Assembly (NCBI GenBank): GCA_964457995.1 | Contig: CAYWHL010000002.1 | Coordinates: 1 to 49,520 of the forward strand | Direction: 5' to 3' | DNA length: 49,520 bases | Source: an uncultured Methanoregula sp. | GTDB taxonomy: Archaea > Halobacteriota > Methanomicrobia > Methanomicrobiales > Methanospirillaceae | Shown here: positions 45,098-49,520 of the stretch, in pieces | Layout of the letters: every line of letters begins with the position of its first letter | How positions within the stretch are numbered: position 1 is the first letter of the stretch | The notes under the pieces: model-generated | Told to the model about the DNA's origin: nothing | What the model saw: only the letters and a program-made list of their open reading frames with translations | Databases searched by the model: none | Translations under genes and position numbers: made by a program

Positions 45098-45370
45098 GTG
45101 AAAGAAGAGGATACTGACTGGTTGATCTATCACCTTATTGGACAGGAACCATCCATGGCGGTGGAAGTATTGATCTCTGCGAGCGGACTTGATTCCTGTA
45201 CTGTTGAGGCATCACTCGAACGTCTTGAGCGGTATCTTCTGGTTGTGCGTACTGGCAGAAAAGTCCGGGCTTTAGGTTTAAGCGAGGCCCTCTTACAATG
45301 CCAGATAAAGTACTCAGATGATCTCCCCTATACCATCGAAAACGGTGTGATAAAAGAAAGGAAAAAGTAG
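45098..45370 (+). CDS. Small winged-helix (MarR-like) protein
   Basis: DWLIYHLI...[36 protein letters not shown]; first gene of the trm56 operon, GTG start. Confidence 0.7.
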   Translation: MKEEDTDWLIYHLIGQEPSMAVEVLISASGLDSCTVEASLERLERYLLVVRTGRKVRALGLSEALLQCQIKYSDDLPYTIENGVIKERKK

Positions 45371-45371
45371 C

Positions 45372-45902
45372 ATGCCAGAAAGTGATGTGGTCATTCTCCG
45401 TATCGGTCACCGCCCAGAACGCGACCAGCGCGTGACGACCCATGTCGGTTTAACTGCCAGGGCGCTGGGCGCAAAAGGGATGTATCTTGCTGCTGCCGAC
45501 AAGGGGGTTGTCAGGAGCATTGAGGATGTTGTCAGCCGCTGGGGTGGCGCCTTCTTCTGTCAGGATACTGTGAAATGGCGTTCCTGTATCCGGGACTGGA
45601 AGGCCGCAGGAGGTATTGTCGTTCACCTCACCATGTACGGCCTTAACCTTCCCGATGTGATTGGTGACATTAAAATTCACAAAAAAATTCTCGTTATCGT
45701 TGGTGCAGAGAAAGTTCCCGGAGAGATGTATGGGCTTGCTGACTATAATGTGGCAGTAACCTCCCAGCCCCATTCCGAGATATCAAGCCTTGCCCTCTTT
45801 CTTGATTACTATTTTTCCGGGCAGGAATTCAGGAATGAGTTTTTCGGAGCACGGATACGCATTATTCCGTCAGATAAGGGAAAGCAGACGGAGGAATTGT
45901 GA
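45372..45902 (+). CDS. trm56: tRNA (cytidine(56)-2'-O)-methyltransferase
   Basis: [54 protein letters not shown]. Confidence 0.96.
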   Translation: MPESDVVILRIGHRPERDQRVTTHVGLTARALGAKGMYLAAADKGVVRSIEDVVSRWGGAFFCQDTVKWRSCIRDWKAAGGIVVHLTMYGLNLPDVIGDIKIHKKILVIVGAEKVPGEMYGLADYNVAVTSQPHSEISSLALFLDYYFSGQEFRNEFFGARIRIIPSDKGKQTEEL

Positions 45903-46975
45903 AAGGGAGGGTGCTGGTTGCCGGATTTGCAACAAGGCACGTAGCGCAGTCTGCAGCACGGGCTGGTTACGAGGTCTGTGCTGTTGATCATTTCTGCGAT
46001 CAGGACCTTTCCTGGTATACCTCTGACCGTGAAAAATTTGAAGAACTTGCTGATCTTCCGGATGCGATCCATGAGATTTGCAGTCGCCACAGGTTTGACC
46101 TTTTTATCGTCACTTCCGGTGCTGAAGATCTTACTACCTGCCTTCCGCTCTGTGGGACACCTAAAGATACGGTAGGGCGTTTTTTGGATAAACTGGATAT
46201 TCAGCATTTTTTTGATTCCATCAATATACCTGTCCCCCGGCTCTTACCTGAAGGGGTATATCCCACCATGGTCAAACCACGGCGGGGTGCCGGAGGATGG
46301 CGGAATGCGATCATCCGGGATAGTGCCGGATTATCTGCGTGGTCGAACCTGCATCCGGATATTCCTTTTATCCGCCAGGAAATCGTTGAGGGTGTTCCGG
46401 CGAGTGTCTGTTGTGTTACGGATGGTTCACGGGCACGGGCAATTACTGCAAACGAGCAGATTTTACGGGGGAATGGTAAATCCACATTTGGATTTTGCGG
46501 TTCGGTTACACCATTTAATCATCCGCTCTGCGAACTCATGATGAGCCAGGCCGAACAGATCGCTGCTGCAAGCGGGTGCAGGGGGACTATCGGTGTTGAT
46601 TTTGTTGTTGGCAGCGATACTGCTTATGCAATTGAGGTAAATCCCCGGTTCCAGGGAACGATCGATACCGTCGAAATGGCCTGCGACTGCAACCTGTTCC
46701 GGTATCATGTCGAGTCCTGTGCCGGAAAACTGCCCCCGGCGACGGAGTCCCCCGGGCAGGTTGCGGTAAGAAGTATCCTCTTTGCCGAGCGGGATGTGAC
46801 TATTACCTCAGATCTCAAACACCTGGCACCATTTGTTGCTGATATACCGTGGCCGGGATCTACCTTTGAAGCGAATCAGGCAATGGTCAGTGTGTACGGC
46901 TGGGGGCAGACACGGGAATCTGCTTTTTTTATGCTGGATAAGCATATTAGCACCGTCCAACAATACATACGGTGA
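45899..46975 (+). CDS. ATP-grasp domain protein (COG2232-like)
   Basis: [34 protein letters not shown]...IEVNPRFQG. Confidence 0.85.
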   Translation: MKGRVLVAGFATRHVAQSAARAGYEVCAVDHFCDQDLSWYTSDREKFEELADLPDAIHEICSRHRFDLFIVTSGAEDLTTCLPLCGTPKDTVGRFLDKLDIQHFFDSINIPVPRLLPEGVYPTMVKPRRGAGGWRNAIIRDSAGLSAWSNLHPDIPFIRQEIVEGVPASVCCVTDGSRARAITANEQILRGNGKSTFGFCGSVTPFNHPLCELMMSQAEQIAAASGCRGTIGVDFVVGSDTAYAIEVNPRFQGTIDTVEMACDCNLFRYHVESCAGKLPPATESPGQVAVRSILFAERDVTITSDLKHLAPFVADIPWPGSTFEANQAMVSVYGWGQTRESAFFMLDKHISTVQQYIR

Positions 46976-47496
46976 TGGATCCCATAAACGACCTGTTGAA
47001 CGATCCGGCTGTTCGTGCATATCTTCATCGGCTGGTAAAAGATGAAGGGCTCAATCTCATCGAACGGTTTCCGCGTGAAGGTGAGTACAGCGATGAAGAC
47101 CTGGCGGCACGCACAGGAATCAACCTGAATACGGTCAGGCATACGCTCTATACTCTGTATGAAAAACGGCTGGCGGAGTATCACCGGATCAAAAACAATG
47201 AGACGGGCTGGCTGACCTATCTCTGGCAGCTGCGTACCGATCATATCTGCGATGCAATACGCGAAGACATGGAGCTTGTGTTAGAAAAGCTCTCACGGCG
47301 AGAAAAGTATGAAGAAGAGAATGACTTCTTCATCTGCAAGGACTGCCAGATACTCTTTACCTTCCCGCTTGCCATGAGCTGCGATTTCACCTGCCCGAGG
47401 TGTGAAAAAGCTCTTACGCATTTTGACAACGATATGCTCTTACGGGCTCTCAAACACCGGATTGGCGATATCAAAAAATCACTGGGTCATGCCTGA
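46972..47496 (+). CDS. tfe: Transcription factor E (TFIIE-alpha-like)
   Basis: SDEDLAARTGINLNTVRHTLYTLYE..LAEY.R......GWLTYLW; CKDC...FTCPRC Zn-ribbon. Confidence 0.95.
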   Translation: MMDPINDLLNDPAVRAYLHRLVKDEGLNLIERFPREGEYSDEDLAARTGINLNTVRHTLYTLYEKRLAEYHRIKNNETGWLTYLWQLRTDHICDAIREDMELVLEKLSRREKYEEENDFFICKDCQILFTFPLAMSCDFTCPRCEKALTHFDNDMLLRALKHRIGDIKKSLGHA

Positions 47497-47989
47497 CAGT
47501 CCCGAAAAAAAATATGAGCAGCTGCTGCGTGAAGCAGGATGCGACGAAAAGGTTATCATTCATTGCCGGGCTGTGACGGAGGTTGCTCTGGAATACGCCA
47601 GGCGCAACCCCCTTGTTTCAGTGGATCTCATACAGGAAGGTGCAACGCTCCATGACATCGGGAGAGGCGCGAGTCACACAATCCTTCACGCACAGTATGG
47701 TGCTGATCTTTTACGTTCCCTTGGAATAGAGGAAGCAGTCGCCCGAATCGTGGAGTGTCACACGGGGGCGGGACTTACCGCTGATGAATGTACTCTTCTC
47801 CGGCTGTCACCACGTGACTGCATGCCAAGGACAACCGAAGAGAAGATTGTCACCCATGCCGACAACCTTGTTGAAGGGAGAAAACGGGTAACTATTGAAA
47901 AAAGCATCGGATCTGCCATCCACCTGCCAGGAAGGGTGAGAAAACGGATGTATCGTCTTGCGCTGGATGTCGAGTTGCTCTGCAGCTGA
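47489..47989 (+). CDS. HD-domain protein (TIGR00295-like)
   Basis: VIIHC..V, GATLHDIGR, HAQYGA, HTGAG, EEKIVTHADNL; start MPDSPE at 47489. Confidence 0.88.
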   Translation: MPDSPEKKYEQLLREAGCDEKVIIHCRAVTEVALEYARRNPLVSVDLIQEGATLHDIGRGASHTILHAQYGADLLRSLGIEEAVARIVECHTGAGLTADECTLLRLSPRDCMPRTTEEKIVTHADNLVEGRKRVTIEKSIGSAIHLPGRVRKRMYRLALDVELLCS

Positions 47990-48242
47990 CCGTTATTAAA
48001 AACCTGTTCTGGTGAATTCCAGTCTTTCTGAAAATCGGATATTTTTTGTGGGGACATATACCCGTTTCATTTCCCGTATGGACACCCCGCGATAATGATT
48101 ACGTAGTCCAATTTTTTTTGGATTATCGTATTTTGGAAGTATCACGTACGCGGGGAAAAACATTGAAGGTGCATGGGATTTTTGATTATTTTTGCAGCAT
48201 TAATTAAAATCCGCTCCTTATGAGTGTTCTTCCGGATGAACA

Positions 48243-48743
48243 CTAGATAATGACCTGCTTTACCTGGGGCAGGGCACGGATCTGTTCAATAACGCCCACC
48301 GGCATGGACTCTTCAACGATAATGACGAGCCTTGGCTCTTCGGAAAACTCCGGGTCAGTAACAAAGATTTGCCGGATAGAGACATCATGCAGGGTAAGGA
48401 CCTGGACAACAGCACCGACAATTCCCCGCTCGCTTGCATTTTTTGGCAGCACGGTGACAACAGAAAAACCTAATGATTCTGCAACTTTGGAAAGGTCCGG
48501 TGTCGCCCGCATATTCAGAAAGATATCCCGGAGTAACGGGCGTTCAAGGATGCGATGTGCTGTGGAGTCCACGACCCTGCGATCTGATCCGATCACTTTA
48601 GCCACCGCGGTTGCAGGCACCTCGATACCATTACAACTGATCCGTCCGTCTTCGGTCACACCAAAACCGTTCTCGAGCAGGAACCGCACCACCCGGGTCT
48701 GCGAGGGTGAATCAGAAAACTCATGAATGATGTCTGACCACAT
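48243..48743 (-). CDS. ACT-domain-containing putative regulator of amino-acid metabolism (COG2150-like)
   Basis: MWSDII..F..SPSQ.RVV.FLLENGF, IGSDRRVVDST, GIVGAV...ISIRQIFVTDP C-terminal ACT. Confidence 0.82.
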   Translation of the reverse strand: MWSDIIHEFSDSPSQTRVVRFLLENGFGVTEDGRISCNGIEVPATAVAKVIGSDRRVVDSTAHRILERPLLRDIFLNMRATPDLSKVAESLGFSVVTVLPKNASERGIVGAVVQVLTLHDVSIRQIFVTDPEFSEEPRLVIIVEESMPVGVIEQIRALPQVKQVII

Positions 48744-48960
48744 ACACACCACTGGGTATGACGTATATAAATATACAGCGATGCTGATCCGGCGCCATCA
48801 AAGTTGGATATATGACGCTTAAGGCCGAGTGACGCACAATCCTGATCTGATTCAAGAGAGACATCCTGATTATGAGGTTATGTCTATAAGAAAAAAACCT
48901 GCAGGAAATTAACTTGCATAAGATTTTATTAGATTGACAACCTCTTTGTTATGGCACAAA

Positions 48961-49045
48961 GCGAGGGTAGCCAAGCCAGGTCAAAGGCGCTAGGTTGAGG
49001 GCCTAGTCTCGTAGGAGTTCTTGGGTTCGAATCCCATCCCTCGCA
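48961..49045 (+). tRNA. tRNA-Leu (GAG)
   Basis: Acceptor stem GCGAGGG/CCCTCGC, anticodon arm CTAGG-TTGAGGG-CCTAG, long variable arm (CTC-GTAG-GAG), T-loop GGTTCGAATCC. Confidence 0.96.
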
Positions 49046-49194
49046 TTCTTCTCGGGGAATTCAATTTTCTTGCCGGTTCTTGCTATATGGTAATACCCTA
49101 ACAATATGCAATGTTACATCAGAATTGCGATGTGTTATCGATCGAGTGATGGATCAGCAGTAAGAAAAAAATCCGGGCTGCAGGAACTGGCAAC

Positions 49195-49520
49195 CTACTT
49201 TTTCTTTGTAACGAAGTAATATCCGGCACCCGCAGCGACAATAACGATAAGTAGGCTGAAAATTATGATCCACTGCATGTTTCCAATTGGGGCGGGAAAT
49301 GCAGCAGTCTGTGCTGGTACTATTGTTCCTGCAGGGACTGGAGCGGTAGTCGTTGAATTTCCAGTCACAATTGGCACCAGTGTCGTTTCGATTGTTGGCA
49401 TCGGTGTCGTATCGATTGTGGAGATTCCGGAACTGATGTTCTGCCCCGGTGCGCTACCGCCCTCTTCACCTGGGTAAAACGGCGTCGCGGGTAATGTCCG
49501 GAATGTATAGTCAGTACTTA
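49195..49520 (-). CDS. 3' end of a cell-surface protein (Thr/Pro-rich linker + C-terminal TM anchor), truncated by the window edge
   Basis: Frame is open to the window end: STDYTFRTLPATPFYPGEEGGSAPG...TTPMPTIETT...WIIIFSLLIVIVAAGAGYYFVTKKK*; S.DYTFRT resembles the last strand of an FN3-like domain. Confidence 0.75.
   Translation of the reverse strand, partial: STDYTFRTLPATPFYPGEEGGSAPGQNISSGISTIDTTPMPTIETTLVPIVTGNSTTTAPVPAGTIVPAQTAAFPAPIGNMQWIIIFSLLIVIVAAGAGYYFVTKKK

Noticed and set aside
1-49520. CRISPR array, rRNA or intact IS/transposase
   Set aside because: No regularly spaced repeats, rRNA-like sequence or DDE/HUH transposase motifs were seen.

Overview
Archaeal chromosomal DNA from a methanogen. 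Gene content (cofE, tfe, trm56, archaeal alaS, proteasome beta, DUF39-CBS homocysteine genes, PGF-CTERM proteins) and protein style fit Methanomicrobiales, Methanoregula-like; this is inferred, not database-checked. The core backbone is psmB/CBS/USP/amidohydrolase/Sec61beta/cofE, a tetrapyrrole cluster (sirC-hemA, hemB-hemL-hemC-cobA), tRNA-Gly(GCC), PAPS-reductase/PUA-hisH, alaS, nikR-SWIM-Nif3, sulfur-assimilation genes, trm56-ATP-grasp-tfe-HD and tRNA-Leu(GAG). Four accessory patches interrupt it. (1) A flavoprotein/DUF2769 pair lies inside the hem cluster. (2) Downstream of tRNA-Gly is a block with a FilR1-like wHTH regulator, a UbiA prenyltransferase, an output-less REC-4xPAS sensor, a stand-alone acyl carrier protein divergent from an insertion-bearing NadE-like enzyme, and an unannotated 26-aa Lys/Ala histone-H1-tail-like peptide. 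(3) A broken tyrosine integrase precedes a Btu-like ABC transporter plus cbiZ, with two hidden small ORFs and a candidate anti-SD sRNA. (4) A RelE-type TA module, a synonymously recoded fragment of the neighbouring UPF0280 gene, a large SWIM protein and a PD-(D/E)XK-like gene. No CRISPR array, rRNA or intact transposase was seen. All family assignments come from motif recognition by eye.
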